Notes: generated from the letters alone by a model not told the origin. Shown: positions 30,115 to 41,999, counted from the first letter of the stretch. The stretch is DNA of 58,410 bases from an archaeon (GCA_024278985.1 JAJRSC010000016.1:1-58410); one strand, 5' to 3'. Numbers and translations: made by a program.

Positions 30115-30733
30115 AATTTCCCTCCTGAGATAGTAGTTTAATTATTTCCTCTCCAAATTCTTTGGCATATTTTGGTGATTTTGCAGTTACAATGTTTCCA
30201 TCCACTACAACACCTTTATCTATATATATGGCCCCTCCTTTCTTAAGTTCCTCAATTGCCTCCTTATCTGGAAATACTGTTGCCTTTTTTCCTTTTAATA
30301 TTCCAGCTTTTGCTAAAATAACAGGAGATAAACATATTGCACCAATAACTTTATTCTCCTTATAAAACTCTCTTACAATATCTTGAAGTTTTTTATTATT
30401 CCATAAATATTCCTTTGAGCCAATTCCACCAGGAATTACTAAAGCAGAGTATTGGGATATATTATTTATCTCATAGATTGTTTTATTTGTCTCTATTATC
30501 CCTCCTAACATTCCAACATGTATTCCTTTAGTTGTAGAAACTACTTCCACTTCATAGCCATTATCTTCAAAAATCTTTTTAGGAATAAAAAGTTCTTCAT
30601 CTCTAAAGTTTTTGGGAGCAATAACCATTAAAATTTTTCCTCTAAATTTTTTGGGTTTATGTTCATTTAAACATCCAGAAAACAATAAAATAAATATAAC
30701 CAATAATATCCTCATTTTCATAATCATCCACAA
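30098..30733 (-). CDS. DJ-1/PfpI-family protein with lipoprotein-type signal
   Basis: LLFSGC lipobox; FRDEEL, IPGGIG, AICLSP, VVVDGNIVTA. Confidence 0.9.
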   Translation of the reverse strand: MWMIMKMRILLVIFILLFSGCLNEHKPKKFRGKILMVIAPKNFRDEELFIPKKIFEDNGYEVEVVSTTKGIHVGMLGGIIETNKTIYEINNISQYSALVIPGGIGSKEYLWNNKKLQDIVREFYKENKVIGAICLSPVILAKAGILKGKKATVFPDKEAIEELKKGGAIYIDKGVVVDGNIVTAKSPKYAKEFGEEIIKLLSQEGNYENKG

Positions 30734-30970
30734 AAATTTTTTATAAATTTTTTATAATAAATATTTTTCTATAAAAGATTTAAATATTTTTCACAATTTT
30801 AAATTGAAATAATATACTCCGAATTTCGAACCAAAATTAAGATTCTGTATTATAGTTTTTTTTAAATTTTAGGATTTCAAATTAATAATTAATATTTTTT
30901 AATTAGAATAAAATTTTTATAAAGCAATATAAAGATAGTATATTTAGTTATTTTAAAAGGAGGAAAAAAT

Positions 30971-31573
30971 ATGAATAAAAAAATATTAAATAAGGTTATT
31001 GAATTAAAAAAACAGGGTTTATCTATTGGAGAAATTGCTGATGAACTAAATGTATCTATGGACACTGCAAGATATTTAGTTTTAAATGCTGAGAAATTGT
31101 TAGAGAAAGAAGATAAAAAAGAGCACATAGATATTTTTATAGATTGGAAAAATATTGGATGTTCTGCAAGTAGATTAAAATGTATAGCAAATATAATAGT
31201 AGATATAATAAAAAATATTGATTTTGATGTAGTTGTAGGAATATCTGCAAGTGGTGTTCCAATTGCAACATTAGTTGCCAATGAACTAAATAAAGAATTT
31301 ACTATTTATATCCCAAAAAAAGAACTTCAAAATGGAGAAAAAATAATAACTGGAGTAGTTTCAAATAATTTTTCAAATATTGAAAATAAAAAAGTAATAA
31401 TTATTGATGATGTTGTAACAAGTGGAACAACATTAAAAGAGTGTATCAAAAAATTAAAAGATATTTGTAGTCCAGAGTTAATAGTTGTTTTAATTGATAA
31501 AAGTGGATTAGATGAAATTGATAATGTCCCTTTAATTCCATTAATAAGAGTTGGAACATTGTCTATAAATTAG
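30971..31573 (+). CDS. PyrE-like HTH-phosphoribosyltransferase protein (GfcR-type regulator)
   Basis: N-terminal HTH ([21 protein letters not shown]) plus PRT motif [11 protein letters not shown]. Confidence 0.85.
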   Translation: MNKKILNKVIELKKQGLSIGEIADELNVSMDTARYLVLNAEKLLEKEDKKEHIDIFIDWKNIGCSASRLKCIANIIVDIIKNIDFDVVVGISASGVPIATLVANELNKEFTIYIPKKELQNGEKIITGVVSNNFSNIENKKVIIIDDVVTSGTTLKECIKKLKDICSPELIVVLIDKSGLDEIDNVPLIPLIRVGTLSIN

Positions 31574-32108
31574 TTCTTTTTAAATATTCATAAAATTTTT
31601 CAAAAGCTTTTTTTCTATGGGAAATTTTATTTTTTTCTTCACCTAATTCTGCAAAAGTTTTATTATACCCCTTTGGGATAAAAATAGGGTCATATCCAAA
31701 TCCATGACTACCTCTTTCTTCATATGCTACATATCCCTCTACTTTACCAATAAATAACTTAACACCATACTCATCACAATAGCCAATAACAGCCTTAAAA
31801 TAGGCATCTCTATTTTCAACACCCTCCAACAACTTTAATATTCCTTTATTTCCAATAGTTTCATATACAAATCTTGAATATGTTCCAGGAAATTCTTTCA
31901 ATGCCTTAACAAAAAAACCACTATCTTCTACAATAACTGGTTTTTTTATTTTTTCATAAACATACTTAGCCCCAAACTCTGCAACTTCTTCTAAACTTCC
32001 CTGTAATTCTGGATAATCTATTTTTATCTGCTCTATATCAACATCTTTTAAAATAGATTTGGCCTCTTTGACTTTATTTATATTTCCAGTAGCAAAATAG
32101 ATTTTCAT
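31563..32108 (-). CDS. rdgB: XTP/dITP diphosphatase (Ham1 family)
   Basis: [35 protein letters not shown]; true start ATG 32108. Confidence 0.95.
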   Translation of the reverse strand: MKIYFATGNINKVKEAKSILKDVDIEQIKIDYPELQGSLEEVAEFGAKYVYEKIKKPVIVEDSGFFVKALKEFPGTYSRFVYETIGNKGILKLLEGVENRDAYFKAVIGYCDEYGVKLFIGKVEGYVAYEERGSHGFGYDPIFIPKGYNKTFAELGEEKNKISHRKKAFEKFYEYLKRTNL

Positions 32109-32122
32109 AGTATATTCACCAA

Positions 32123-32196
32123 AAATGTGCCCCCAGTTTAACACCCCCTATCATCTTTAGCAAATGCTACATCAAGGGGGCTAACCCTCTGGGGGC
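32123..32196 (-). ncRNA. Single-hairpin box H/ACA pseudouridylation guide RNA
   Basis: Minus strand: GCCCCCAG (lower stem), AGGGUUA (pocket), GCCCCCU (upper stem), UGAUG..GAUGA (K-turn-like), AGGGGGU, GUUAAA (pocket), CUGGGGGC, ACA. The ACA box lies 14 nt from the top of the pocket. GC island in AT-rich DNA. Confidence 0.85.
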
Positions 32197-32963
32197 TATA
32201 AGTTGTAGAATTCTTTAGCATTATAATATAATACTTTATCTATTATATTTTTATCTATATTAAGTTTTTTCATCTCTAACTTAGTTTTAGGAAGGGCATA
32301 AATATCAGACTTTAAACTACCTAAATCAGCACTTAAAATAAGTTTTTTATCACTATATTCTTTAACAATCTTAGCAGCTCTTTCAGGAGTTAATTTTAAA
32401 GACTGTACAGTTAAGCCAATATAATAATCATTATCTATTAAATTAATAGTTTCCTCATTTATGTGGTCAATCATAACAAGATTATTTTTTATTTTTACAT
32501 CATCTAATATTTTTAATATTTTTAAAAGGGCTTCTTTTTTATTCTTCTCTGGAGTATGTATAACTATTGGAATATTATAATCCTTGGCAAGATATAACTG
32601 CTCTATTAATATCTTTTCTTCAGTTTCATTTAAATAGTGTAATCCTGTCTCTCCAATACATATAACATTTTCATTTTCTAAATATTTTGGAATCTCTTTT
32701 ATCAGGATATCCCAATTTTTGGGATAACCCATAGGATGTATTCCTATTCCTACCTTAACATCTAAATTAGCAAGTTTTCCCCTCTTAACTTCAAAATTAA
32801 TTAATCTATCCCACAAATCTAAATAAACCTCTGGAACACTCATTTTATAAGGGTCATGTGATTGAGTTACTACTGTCTCAATCCCTAAAATAGCCATCTT
32901 TTCTAAATCCTCAAAACTTCTAACATCTAAATGACTATGGGCATCTATTATCATAGTTATCAA
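32196..32963 (-). CDS. TatD-related metal-dependent hydrolase
   Basis: DAHSH, GIHP, IGETGL, IHTP, IDH. Confidence 0.88.
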   Translation of the reverse strand: MITMIIDAHSHLDVRSFEDLEKMAILGIETVVTQSHDPYKMSVPEVYLDLWDRLINFEVKRGKLANLDVKVGIGIHPMGYPKNWDILIKEIPKYLENENVICIGETGLHYLNETEEKILIEQLYLAKDYNIPIVIHTPEKNKKEALLKILKILDDVKIKNNLVMIDHINEETINLIDNDYYIGLTVQSLKLTPERAAKIVKEYSDKKLILSADLGSLKSDIYALPKTKLEMKKLNIDKNIIDKVLYYNAKEFYNL

Positions 32964-33038
32964 CTACTTTTATTTTTAATATTTAAAGATTATAAAAAAT
33001 AATTATAAAAAATATAATTAAAATTTTTTGGGATTGTT

Positions 33039-33782
33039 ATGTATGTAGATGCACACTGTCATCTTGAAGATAAGGGTTTTAATAAAAATAGAGATGAAGT
33101 AGTTAATAGAGCAAGAGATATATGTGTTATAACAAGTGGAGCAACTTTAGGAGGTATTAAAAGAGCTTTATCTCTTAAGAAAAAATATAACATCTATCTA
33201 ACTCTTGGATATCATCCTTCAAAAGTAAAATCTGATGATAAAATTGTTAATAATGTCTATAATCTAATAAAAGATAACTATAAAAATATTTTAGCAATTG
33301 GAGAAATTGGTATGGATATAAAAAGAGATAATCCAGAAAGACAGGAGGAAATTTTTAAAAAATTTTTATATTTAGCTAAAGAATTGGATAAGCCTATTGT
33401 TGTACATGCAAGAGGTTATGAAGAGAAAATATTTAATCTTGTAGATATTCCTACTATGTTCCACTGTTACTCTGGAAGTTTAGACTTGGCTAAAAAGATA
33501 ACTAAAGAAGGTTATTATATCTCTATCTCTACTCTTTTACTATTTTCAGAGCACCATAAAATGATTGTTGATAAAATTGATATTGATTATATACTAACTG
33601 AAACAGATTCTCCTTACTTATCTCCATTTAAAGGAGAAAAAAATGAGCCTAAAAATGTTAAATTAGTTGTTAAAGAGATATCCAAAATTAAAGAAATGGA
33701 ATTAGATGAGGTTAAGAGGATAATTTATAACAACTCTGTTAATTTCTTTAGAGAAAAATTAACACCAATATTTACCAAATAA
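33039..33782 (+). CDS. TatD family nuclease
   Basis: DAHCH, GYHP, IGEIGMD, VHAR, HCYSG, ETDSPYL. Confidence 0.92.
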   Translation: MYVDAHCHLEDKGFNKNRDEVVNRARDICVITSGATLGGIKRALSLKKKYNIYLTLGYHPSKVKSDDKIVNNVYNLIKDNYKNILAIGEIGMDIKRDNPERQEEIFKKFLYLAKELDKPIVVHARGYEEKIFNLVDIPTMFHCYSGSLDLAKKITKEGYYISISTLLLFSEHHKMIVDKIDIDYILTETDSPYLSPFKGEKNEPKNVKLVVKEISKIKEMELDEVKRIIYNNSVNFFREKLTPIFTK

Positions 33783-33870
33783 TATAAAATTTTTTTAGGT
33801 TAAAATAGAAAATTTTATATAATTTTTTACTATATTATTCCAATTATATTCTTACTAATAAGGTGATAAT

Positions 33871-35001
33871 ATGAGAAAATTGTTGATAGTTTTAAGTTTA
33901 ATAGCCATATTTATTGGATTTGCTGGATGTACTCAACAAGAAAAATCAAATATTCCAACATTAACAGTAGCATATCTTCCAACTGACCACCAAGCAGCTT
34001 TATTTGTTGCAGCAGATAATCCAAATTTGTTTAAAGATAAGTATGGAATATACTTAAAAGAAGTTAAGCCAAAGGAAGAATATGAGTTATATAAAGGAGA
34101 CAAAAAAATAGCTAATGTTAAACTTGTTAGAGTGATGGAAGGAGGAGCTAAAATAATGAACTTAATGACTACAAAACAGGTAGATGTTGGACTTTTAGGG
34201 GTTCCTCCTGCAATTTTCTATATTGACAAGGGAACTAATGCAAAAATTATTATGAATCTACATACAGAAGGTTCTGCTGTTGTAGTAAGAAAAGATATTC
34301 CTGTTAATAATTGGAGTGAATTTGTAAATTGGATAAAAGAACAACATAAAAAAGGTTATCAAGTTAAAATTGGGTATCCATTACCTGCCTCTATACAGTA
34401 TGTTATGATAAGAGATGCCTTAAAAGCAAGTGGCATAACTTACACTGAAAACCCAAATGATAAAAAAGCTATGGTTTTATTAATTAATTGTAAAGGACAA
34501 AAATCCATGCCTCAAATGCTCTCACAGAAGGAATTAGATGCAGTTATTGCATGGGAACCAATGCCAGAAATATTAAGATATAAAAATATAGGAAAACCTA
34601 TTGTATATAGTGAAAACTTACCAAGTGCAACAGGAAAAACTTGGAAAGACCATCCATGTTGTTGTGTTGTTGTATCAGAAGATGCTTTAAAAAATAAGTA
34701 TGATGCAGTTATTGACTTTTGTAAGTTATTAAAATATGCAACTGATGAAATCAATAAAAATAAGGATTTAGCAATTAAATCCTCATGTGCATGGTTAGGA
34801 ACCTCTGAAGAGGTAGAAAAAGCTTCCATATCACATATAAAATATGACTATAGATTAGAGCCAATAGTTCCAAAAGTTATTCAATTTGTTGATGCAATGA
34901 AATTACAGGGATTAATTAAAGGTAGATTAAATACTAACGATGAAAATAAATTAAAAGAAATAATATTTGATTTTAAAGATTATGATAAAATAGTTAAATA
35001 A
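33871..35001 (+). CDS. NitT/TauT-family ABC substrate-binding lipoprotein
   Basis: FAGC lipobox, YLPTDH, AWEP, HPCC. Confidence 0.85.
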   Translation: MRKLLIVLSLIAIFIGFAGCTQQEKSNIPTLTVAYLPTDHQAALFVAADNPNLFKDKYGIYLKEVKPKEEYELYKGDKKIANVKLVRVMEGGAKIMNLMTTKQVDVGLLGVPPAIFYIDKGTNAKIIMNLHTEGSAVVVRKDIPVNNWSEFVNWIKEQHKKGYQVKIGYPLPASIQYVMIRDALKASGITYTENPNDKKAMVLLINCKGQKSMPQMLSQKELDAVIAWEPMPEILRYKNIGKPIVYSENLPSATGKTWKDHPCCCVVVSEDALKNKYDAVIDFCKLLKYATDEINKNKDLAIKSSCAWLGTSEEVEKASISHIKYDYRLEPIVPKVIQFVDAMKLQGLIKGRLNTNDENKLKEIIFDFKDYDKIVK

Positions 35002-36981
35002 CTAATTCACAACCTCCTGGTGGAAGGACAGATAAAATTTCCTCATCATCTATATCATATTCTTTAAATATCTTTTTAATTCTTTAACAACTTTTCCCTT
35101 TTCTTTATTTCCTGGTTTTAAAAGGACATATTTTAAAAATCTCTCTTTTAATGTCTTTGGTGGAGCAGTTGTTATTTTTATACTACCATCATATTCAATA
35201 ACTCCAACTCCCAACTCAAGAGGAACATTTTTTATATAGTTTCTTTTTCCTCTAATCATAAATGCCCCTCTTTTTAAGTATTCTCCACTCTCTGCCTGTT
35301 TAGATATTTGTTCTGGTTTAACCCAATATACATCTATAGCCCCATATCCTAACTTCCAAGCTTTTGAATGTGATGCTGCAAATTTGGCAACTTCATTAAG
35401 TGTTTCTTCATCAACTTCTTTACCATTGGTTTTTATAACTGTAAAAGGAGCTCCTACTATATCAGCATGAAAGACAATATCTTCATCATTGGTATATTTT
35501 TTAATAATAATTTCATTTGTTATAGCATCCTTTCCAGCAATGACTAAAAAATCTTTAATAACAGTCCATTTAAATTTCTCATACCATTTTCTCTCTTTCT
35601 TAATCTTTTTCTTTGGTTTTTTCTCTTCAATTTCTTCATCTCTCTTTTTTCTTAATTCTTCAATTTTCTTTTTTGTTAATTCAATTGCCTTAATAATCCC
35701 ATCAAGTTTATTCTTTAATTTTTTAGATTTTTCATAATATTTTTCAGCATTTTCAAAGGCACTTTTTCTTATATCTAAAACTACCCTTTTCTCTATATCT
35801 TCTGATTTTAATCTTACTGTAATCTCTCCATTTTTTTCATTGATATTTTCAACCAACCCTAAAATTGGATGGTCTTTATTTTCCTTTATTATTTTTTTAA
35901 TTTCTTCCCAACTCTTTTTTTCTCTTGCTAATTTAATGGCATTTAATAACTCTTCAACTATTTGATAATTTGCATAAATTAAATCTCCCTTGATTTGATT
36001 CTCTTCAGCATCTTTTTTATACTGTTCCAGTGTTTTATACTGTCTTTTTAAAATAGTCTCTTGCTTCTCTATTTCCCTCTCTATTTTACTTTTAACTTTT
36101 GATATCTTTTTTAATGATAAAAAATTAGCAAAATAATCATCTACTGCATCTAAAAAACTATTATATTCTTTTTTTTCATAATCTTTATATTTTAATAGAT
36201 TTATAGGAACTACATCAAAAAAGTTATTATCTTTTAAAATTATTTGTGGTTCTCTTTTATTAAAAACCTCATTAAAGAATTCTTTTACAGTGTTAAATAA
36301 TATTTTAATTTCTTCCTCACTTAAATTTTTCTTCTTTTTATCAATATTTGCCCTTTCACAAATTTCTTCAGCATATAATCCTGATAATCCTAACAATCTT
36401 GATACTAATCTAACACATTCAACATCTTTATTTTCAATAAAGTAATCCCTAAATATCTCATAGGCAATAGAGTAATCTAAATTATATGGAGACAATAACT
36501 TTTGTGGTGGAAATTTATACTCCTCTTTAGGAACTATATTTCTTGTACTCCATTTTTCAATTTTTAAAGGAGAGATTATAATATTATTCTCATCAGTGAA
36601 AATTATATTTCCCTCTTTAAAAAGTTCTATAATTAATTTATATTTCTTAACTTTCATAAATTCAATTATAACGATTCTATCAAAATTAACCTGCTGAATT
36701 TTTTCTATTTTTGCATTATTTAAATATTTCCTTAAAAGCATAGCAAAGGCAGGAGGTAGTTTTGGTTTTTCTCTTTCATAGTTTGTAATTGTAAGATACT
36801 TATATTTTCCAACACTTATAACAAGTTCCCTACTACCCTTTTCAGGAATATGAATTTTTAATATTAACTCTTTATTTTCCTCCCCCAATATTAAAAATGC
36901 CTTATCTACTCTACCATTTTCTATAAATTTAAGTTCATCAACTAATGCACATATATCTACATTTGTAAGTTCTGTTTTCAT
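34994..36981 (-). CDS. rqcH: Ribosome rescue protein Rqc2/RqcH (NEMF/NFACT) with a C-terminal frameshift
   Basis: [46 protein letters not shown]. Adding one base at the T5 run 35073-35077 restores ..[15 protein letters not shown]. Confidence 0.9.
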
Positions 36982-37057
36982 TTTACCCACCCAAAGAAAA
37001 AAATTATTTAACATAATTTAATATATTATTTATTTATAACATAATTGGGGGATTGAT

Positions 37058-37822
37058 ATGGTTAAAATAATAACAAGAAAAATTAAAGATATTGAACCTT
37101 TAGATAATGCTCTTTTAATTGAAGGACTTCCAGGAATTGGACATGTTGGTAGATTAGCAGCTGAACATTTAGTTCATGAATTTAATGGTGAGAAGTTTTT
37201 AGAAATATTTTGCTATGATTTTCCTCCACAAGTTTTAGTTAAAAATGATGGTACTATTGAATATATGTGTGCCAACTTCTATAAAATTGAGGAACCTAAA
37301 CCAATGATTGTAATCTTAGGGAATACTCAGGCACTTTCACCTATTGGACAGTATCATCTTTCTGAAAAATTAGTTAAGACTGGAATAGAATATGGTGCTA
37401 AGTTTGTATATACCTTTGGTGGATTTGGAACTGGAAAAATTTCAGAAAAGATAAATGTTTATGGAGCAACTACTAAAAAAGAGTTAGCTGAGAAAATAAA
37501 AGATTATGTAATTTTTAGAAGTGATGGAGGAGGAATTGTTGGAGCTGCTGGTTTAATGTTATTATTTGCAGATTTAAATAATCTCCCAGGAATTTGTTTA
37601 ATGGGAGAAACTCCTGGATACTTTATAGACCCCAATGCTGCTAAAGCAGTATTGGAAGTATTTTCAAAAATAGAAAATATAGAGATAAACCTGGAAGAGT
37701 TAGATAAAAGAGCAAAAAGTATGGAGGAATTCTTTGATAAAATTAGAAAGTTTGAGGAAGAAATGATTAAAAATCTTCAAAGAAAACCAGAAACTGATGA
37801 AGATTTAAGATATATTGGTTAA
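37058..37822 (+). CDS. PAC2-family proteasome assembly chaperone
   Basis: EGLPGIGHVG, FPPQV, GIVGAAG, MGETPGY..DP; C-terminal HbYX-like YIG. Confidence 0.88.
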   Translation: MVKIITRKIKDIEPLDNALLIEGLPGIGHVGRLAAEHLVHEFNGEKFLEIFCYDFPPQVLVKNDGTIEYMCANFYKIEEPKPMIVILGNTQALSPIGQYHLSEKLVKTGIEYGAKFVYTFGGFGTGKISEKINVYGATTKKELAEKIKDYVIFRSDGGGIVGAAGLMLLFADLNNLPGICLMGETPGYFIDPNAAKAVLEVFSKIENIEINLEELDKRAKSMEEFFDKIRKFEEEMIKNLQRKPETDEDLRYIG

Positions 37823-37823
37823 A

Positions 37824-38525
37824 TTATCCCCAAACTTTTTTAAAGTGCTCTAATGCCTCAACAATATCCTTTAATTTACTAACTGGAAATGATAATATAG
37901 CTTCTTCATCTTTTATTTTGGCATATTTTCTTGACCCATTACATCCTAATGTCATATTTGGAGCTTTTCTTGTATATACTCCTGCAACAGCATCAGCACA
38001 TAATGACTGGATTCCTGCAAAATCTGCCTGGAATCTTACACCATTATGATAAAGTATTGCCTGAACTAATCTTAATGCCTTTTTTGGAACTCCAATAAAT
38101 AAAATTGCATCTGGAATAAAATCAGTTTCATTTAAAGGAGCATATACTGTTGCATAAATCTCTTCTTCTACTTTTGGTATTGCATCAACTACTTTTTTAG
38201 CAACTTCCTCATCTTTGTAGTTACCTAATTTAACATACAACTTTCCTGTAGCTAAAGGTTCTGGAGGATTTTTAAATATTCCTAAAGCATAGGCCCCTCC
38301 TTTACATAGATGTTCATCTACTGTTGCATAAAATTTTTTACCTTCTAATCTTGCCAATTGAACCATTTCACAGTGTCTTTTTTGTTCATCTATTTCATTA
38401 TATCCTGCTGGAATTTCATCTTTTGATTTTGCTAATTTTACAGCAACTAATGGCTTATCTTCTCCTAATAATTCCATTATTTTTTGCCCTAATGTTCTTA
38501 CTTCATTGATATCCATATTTCCCAC
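37824..38525 (-). CDS. DUF169 family protein
   Basis: RHCEMV, CKGGAYALG, QSLCAD, LGCNGSR. Confidence 0.85.
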   Translation of the reverse strand: MGNMDINEVRTLGQKIMELLGEDKPLVAVKLAKSKDEIPAGYNEIDEQKRHCEMVQLARLEGKKFYATVDEHLCKGGAYALGIFKNPPEPLATGKLYVKLGNYKDEEVAKKVVDAIPKVEEEIYATVYAPLNETDFIPDAILFIGVPKKALRLVQAILYHNGVRFQADFAGIQSLCADAVAGVYTRKAPNMTLGCNGSRKYAKIKDEEAILSFPVSKLKDIVEALEHFKKVWG

Positions 38526-38651
38526 CTGTGCTTACTTGTGTGCCTATTAAGAACATATTCTATTTAAGAGTATATAAAATTTTCTAAAAATTTAAAATGG
38601 AAAGATTTATATATGAGTTATATATTTTTAATATACTGGTTATTTTTCAGT

Positions 38652-38728
38652 GGGCTCGTGGTCTAGCTGGCTATGATGCCGCCCTGACACGGCGGTGGTC
38701 GGGAGTTCGAATCTCCCCGAGCCCACCA
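38652..38728 (+). tRNA. tRNA-Val(GAC)
   Basis: GGGCTCG/CGAGCCC acceptor stem, anticodon arm CCGCC-CTGACAC-GGCGG, GTTCGAATC T-loop, encoded CCA; BRE/TATA gaaagatttatata at about 38600. Confidence 0.97.
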
Positions 38729-38740
38729 TTTTAATATTTA

Positions 38741-39604
38741 TTATTCTACATCAATATGTATATAAGCTTTTCCAATTTTTTCTAAACTTTCCAATCTATT
38801 TTTTATTTTTTCTTCTAAATCATGTAATTCTTTTGCAGACATATTTTTACCATCTACTTCTACATGAGCCTCTACATAAATTAATGGTCCAACATAATGG
38901 GCTTTTAAGTTATGCACTCCTTTAACATTGTCAAATTTTAATATTTCTTCTTTAATTTTCTCTAATACTTCCTTAGGAGGAGATTTTCCTGTTAATTGGT
39001 CTATACTTTCTTTACATATCTCTGCTGCTATTTTAGCAATCATTAAACTAACTATTATCCCAGCAACTGCATCAGCATATTTAATTCCTATTTTTTCCAA
39101 TAAAATACCTAATAATACTATTATACTACTATATACATCACTCCTATGGTGATAAGCATCTGCTATTAAAATATAGTTGTTTAACTTTTTTCCAATATAT
39201 AGAGAATACTGTGTCATAACTTCCTTAAAAACTATTGATAATATTAGAACTCCAATAACTATGGAATTAACTTCAACACTACTATTATGTAAGATTTTAT
39301 TTATAGACATTGCCAATATTTCATAAACTGCATAAAAAAGTAAAAGTCCCATAAATAAAGAAAACAATGATTCATATCTTTTATGACCATGAGGATGATT
39401 TTCATCTTCTGGTTTAGAAGAGATTGCTATCCCAATATATCCAATAATACTTGTAAAAACATCTGATAAACTATGAATACCATCAGCTATAACCCCAATA
39501 CTATTATATAAATATCCAACAACTATTTTAATAATTGCCAATATTATATTTCCAAAAATACTAAAAATTATTGGCTTATTTTCATCTTTTAATGTTAATC
39601 TCAT
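38741..39604 (-). CDS. Cation diffusion facilitator (FieF-like)
   Basis: ADGIHSLSD, HPHGHKRYE, ADAYHHRSD, YIHID. Confidence 0.93.
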   Translation of the reverse strand: MRLTLKDENKPIIFSIFGNIILAIIKIVVGYLYNSIGVIADGIHSLSDVFTSIIGYIGIAISSKPEDENHPHGHKRYESLFSLFMGLLLFYAVYEILAMSINKILHNSSVEVNSIVIGVLILSIVFKEVMTQYSLYIGKKLNNYILIADAYHHRSDVYSSIIVLLGILLEKIGIKYADAVAGIIVSLMIAKIAAEICKESIDQLTGKSPPKEVLEKIKEEILKFDNVKGVHNLKAHYVGPLIYVEAHVEVDGKNMSAKELHDLEEKIKNRLESLEKIGKAYIHIDVE

Positions 39605-39679
39605 TTTTTCACATATGAGAGAATTTTATATATATAACATAAAACTATTTTATTTATATAATTTTTGGAGGAGTATAAT

Positions 39680-40936
39680 ATGATAACTATTAAAAATATT
39701 TTTGTTAATGGAAAAAGGCAGGATATTTTAATAGAGGAAAATAAGATTTCTAAAATAGGAGAAGTTAAAGAGAAAAGTGATATTGTTATAGATGGTTCTG
39801 ATATGATAGCTATTCCAGGATTAATAAATACTCACACCCACATTCCTATGACACTTTTTAGGGGTGTGGCTGATGACATTCCTTTAATGGATTGGTTGAA
39901 TAACCATATATGGCCATTAGAAGCAAAACTTAATGAAAAAATAGTTTATTATGGGTCACTTCTTGGTTGTGTAGAGATGATAAAAACAGGAACTACAACA
40001 TTTAATGATATGTACTTTTTTTTGGAAAGTATTGTTAAAGCAGTTGAGAATAGTGGAATAAGGGCATTCCTTTCCTATGGAATGATTGACTTATTTGATG
40101 AAGAGAAGAGAAAAAAAGAAATTAAAAATGCTGAAAAGTATATTAACTATATTAAAAATTTAAAAAATGATAGAATTTATCCTGCTCTTGGACCTCATGC
40201 TCCATATACATGTTCAAAAGAATTATTATTGGATGTTAAAGAGCTTGCTATAAAATATAATGTCCCAATCCATATTCATATGAATGAAACAATAGAAGAG
40301 GTCAAGATAATAAAAGATAAAACAGGAATGGAACCATTTATTTATTTAGATAATTTTAAATTTTTTGATGGTGTAAAAGTTGTTGCTGCTCATTGTGTCC
40401 ATTTAACAGATAAGGAAATTGATATAATCAAAGAAAAAAATATTTCTATTTCCCATAATCCTATAAGTAATTTAAAGCTTGGGTCTGGAATAGCACCAAT
40501 TCCAAAGTTGTTGGAGAAAGGAATAAATGTAACTCTTGGAACTGATGGGTGTGGAAGTAATAATAACTTAAATTTATTTGAAGAAATTAAGGTCTCTGCT
40601 ATTCTACATAAAGGTGTTAATTTAAATCCTACATTAGTTAAGGCAAAAGATGCCTTTAACTTTGCTACTGTAAATGGTGCTAAAGCATTAGGTATTAAAG
40701 CTGGAAAAATAGAAGAGGGTTATCTTGCAGATATTGTTTTAATAAACATAAAAAAACCATTCTTATATCCAAAAGAAAATATATACTCTCACTTAGTTTA
40801 TGCATATAATGGATTTGTAGATTACTCTATAATCAATGGTGAAATTGTTTTAGAAAATGGAAAACTAACAAAAATAAAAGATGAAGAAAAAGTCTATGAA
40901 AAAGCAGAAGAGGCTTATCATGATTTAATAAATTAG
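39680..40936 (+). CDS. dadD: 5'-deoxyadenosine/MTA/SAH deaminase
   Basis: [42 protein letters not shown]. Confidence 0.85.
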   Translation: MITIKNIFVNGKRQDILIEENKISKIGEVKEKSDIVIDGSDMIAIPGLINTHTHIPMTLFRGVADDIPLMDWLNNHIWPLEAKLNEKIVYYGSLLGCVEMIKTGTTTFNDMYFFLESIVKAVENSGIRAFLSYGMIDLFDEEKRKKEIKNAEKYINYIKNLKNDRIYPALGPHAPYTCSKELLLDVKELAIKYNVPIHIHMNETIEEVKIIKDKTGMEPFIYLDNFKFFDGVKVVAAHCVHLTDKEIDIIKEKNISISHNPISNLKLGSGIAPIPKLLEKGINVTLGTDGCGSNNNLNLFEEIKVSAILHKGVNLNPTLVKAKDAFNFATVNGAKALGIKAGKIEEGYLADIVLINIKKPFLYPKENIYSHLVYAYNGFVDYSIINGEIVLENGKLTKIKDEEKVYEKAEEAYHDLIN

Positions 40937-41394
40937 AGTGTATAATCTAAAACCTTTTTTGCTTCTTCAATATGCTCTTTTCTAATTCTTTCTATATCTT
41001 CATGTAATGCCTTAATAACTTTTCCTAAGATTATAAATATAGTTCCTGTTATAAGTGGAAGGTTATCAACAACATTATCCTCTAATGGTAAGTCACCAGG
41101 TATTTTTTTCATAACAAACTCTTTAATTTTTTCAGCTAAAATATTTTCCTCTTCAATAACCTCCTTAAACAATTCCATAGAATTTAACATACCTTTTGTA
41201 AGTGGTATATGTCTCATTAATATTATTTTTGCATTTTCTTGTTTAGCATTTCTGTGTGCAACTTCAAATAAATCTGCTACTTTTTTCTCAACTATTTCCA
41301 TCATATCTTCAGCTTCTGTTTTATATAAATCAACTTCACAGGTAACTTTCATTAATTTTTTTAATTGAGGGTATGGAATAATCATTTCAGCCAA
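40933..41394 (-). CDS. DUF1931 double histone-fold protein
   Basis: [17 protein letters not shown]; C-terminal [14 protein letters not shown]. Confidence 0.78.
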   Translation of the reverse strand: MAEMIIPYPQLKKLMKVTCEVDLYKTEAEDMMEIVEKKVADLFEVAHRNAKQENAKIILMRHIPLTKGMLNSMELFKEVIEEENILAEKIKEFVMKKIPGDLPLEDNVVDNLPLITGTIFIILGKVIKALHEDIERIRKEHIEEAKKVLDYTL

Positions 41395-41474
41395 ATTATC
41401 ACCATCAAAAATATTTTTATAGTTAAAAAAGAAAAAGTAATATAAAAAGATTTTTACTTAAAATGTGATAGCTA

Positions 41475-41999
41475 ATGGATGCTAAAGAGATTTTAAAACT
41501 TGTTGAAGAGAGTTATAAAGATGAAGATATTAAATATAAAAATAGAGTATATTTTATTTCTTATTTTGTTTCAGCATTAATTTTTTTATTAATTTATATA
41601 TTTAATAATTTTTTTAATCTGAATCTATTATTTTTTATATCTTTTTTAATTTTAATAAGTGGAATTCTTATATATAGGCATAGAGCTCTCTATCAAAGAA
41701 CAAAATGCTATTTTGAGAAATTATTTGAGGAAATAGTAGCTTATGGGATTTTAGTATTGCTAATATTAACAGTTATTTCTTTACTAACTAACCCAAAAAT
41801 TGTTCCAGTTATAGTATCAACAATATTAGGTTTATTATTATGTATTGATGGGATTTTATTTTCTTCTAAAAAAAGGAAAGTTTTAGGTTTATTTTTAATC
41901 TTAATTTCTATTTTTATATTCATTAACAAATATGGATTTTTGATATTAGCTATTTCATTATTTATTATATCCATATCTTTCCTTAAAAGTGAGAAATAA
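41475..41999 (+). CDS. Hypothetical membrane protein
   Basis: About 6 hydrophobic helices; TAATG overlap with the following regulator gene. Confidence 0.75.
   Translation: MDAKEILKLVEESYKDEDIKYKNRVYFISYFVSALIFLLIYIFNNFFNLNLLFFISFLILISGILIYRHRALYQRTKCYFEKLFEEIVAYGILVLLILTVISLLTNPKIVPVIVSTILGLLLCIDGILFSSKKRKVLGLFLILISIFIFINKYGFLILAISLFIISISFLKSEK

Noticed and set aside
30820-30828. CGAA-T-TTCG palindrome between pfpI and the PyrE-like regulator
   Set aside because: Only 4-bp arms and a single copy; too weak to call.
32109-32144. N-terminal extension of rdgB in the ORF track
   Set aside because: It overlaps the H/ACA RNA; the family N-terminus begins at ATG 32108.
32123-32196. GC hairpin read as a SECIS element or terminator
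   Set aside because: Neither neighbouring gene has an in-frame UGA; the pocket, K-turn and ACA spacing fit H/ACA.
32196-33782. Divergent TatD pair as a defence system
   Set aside because: Both look like ordinary archaeal TatD-family genes, with no defence-associated partners nearby.
38652-38740. tRNA-Val as an integration site
   Set aside because: No integrase and no duplicated tRNA 3' end in the window.
38695-38925. 76-aa ORF
   Set aside because: Starts inside tRNA-Val and runs antisense to the CDF gene.
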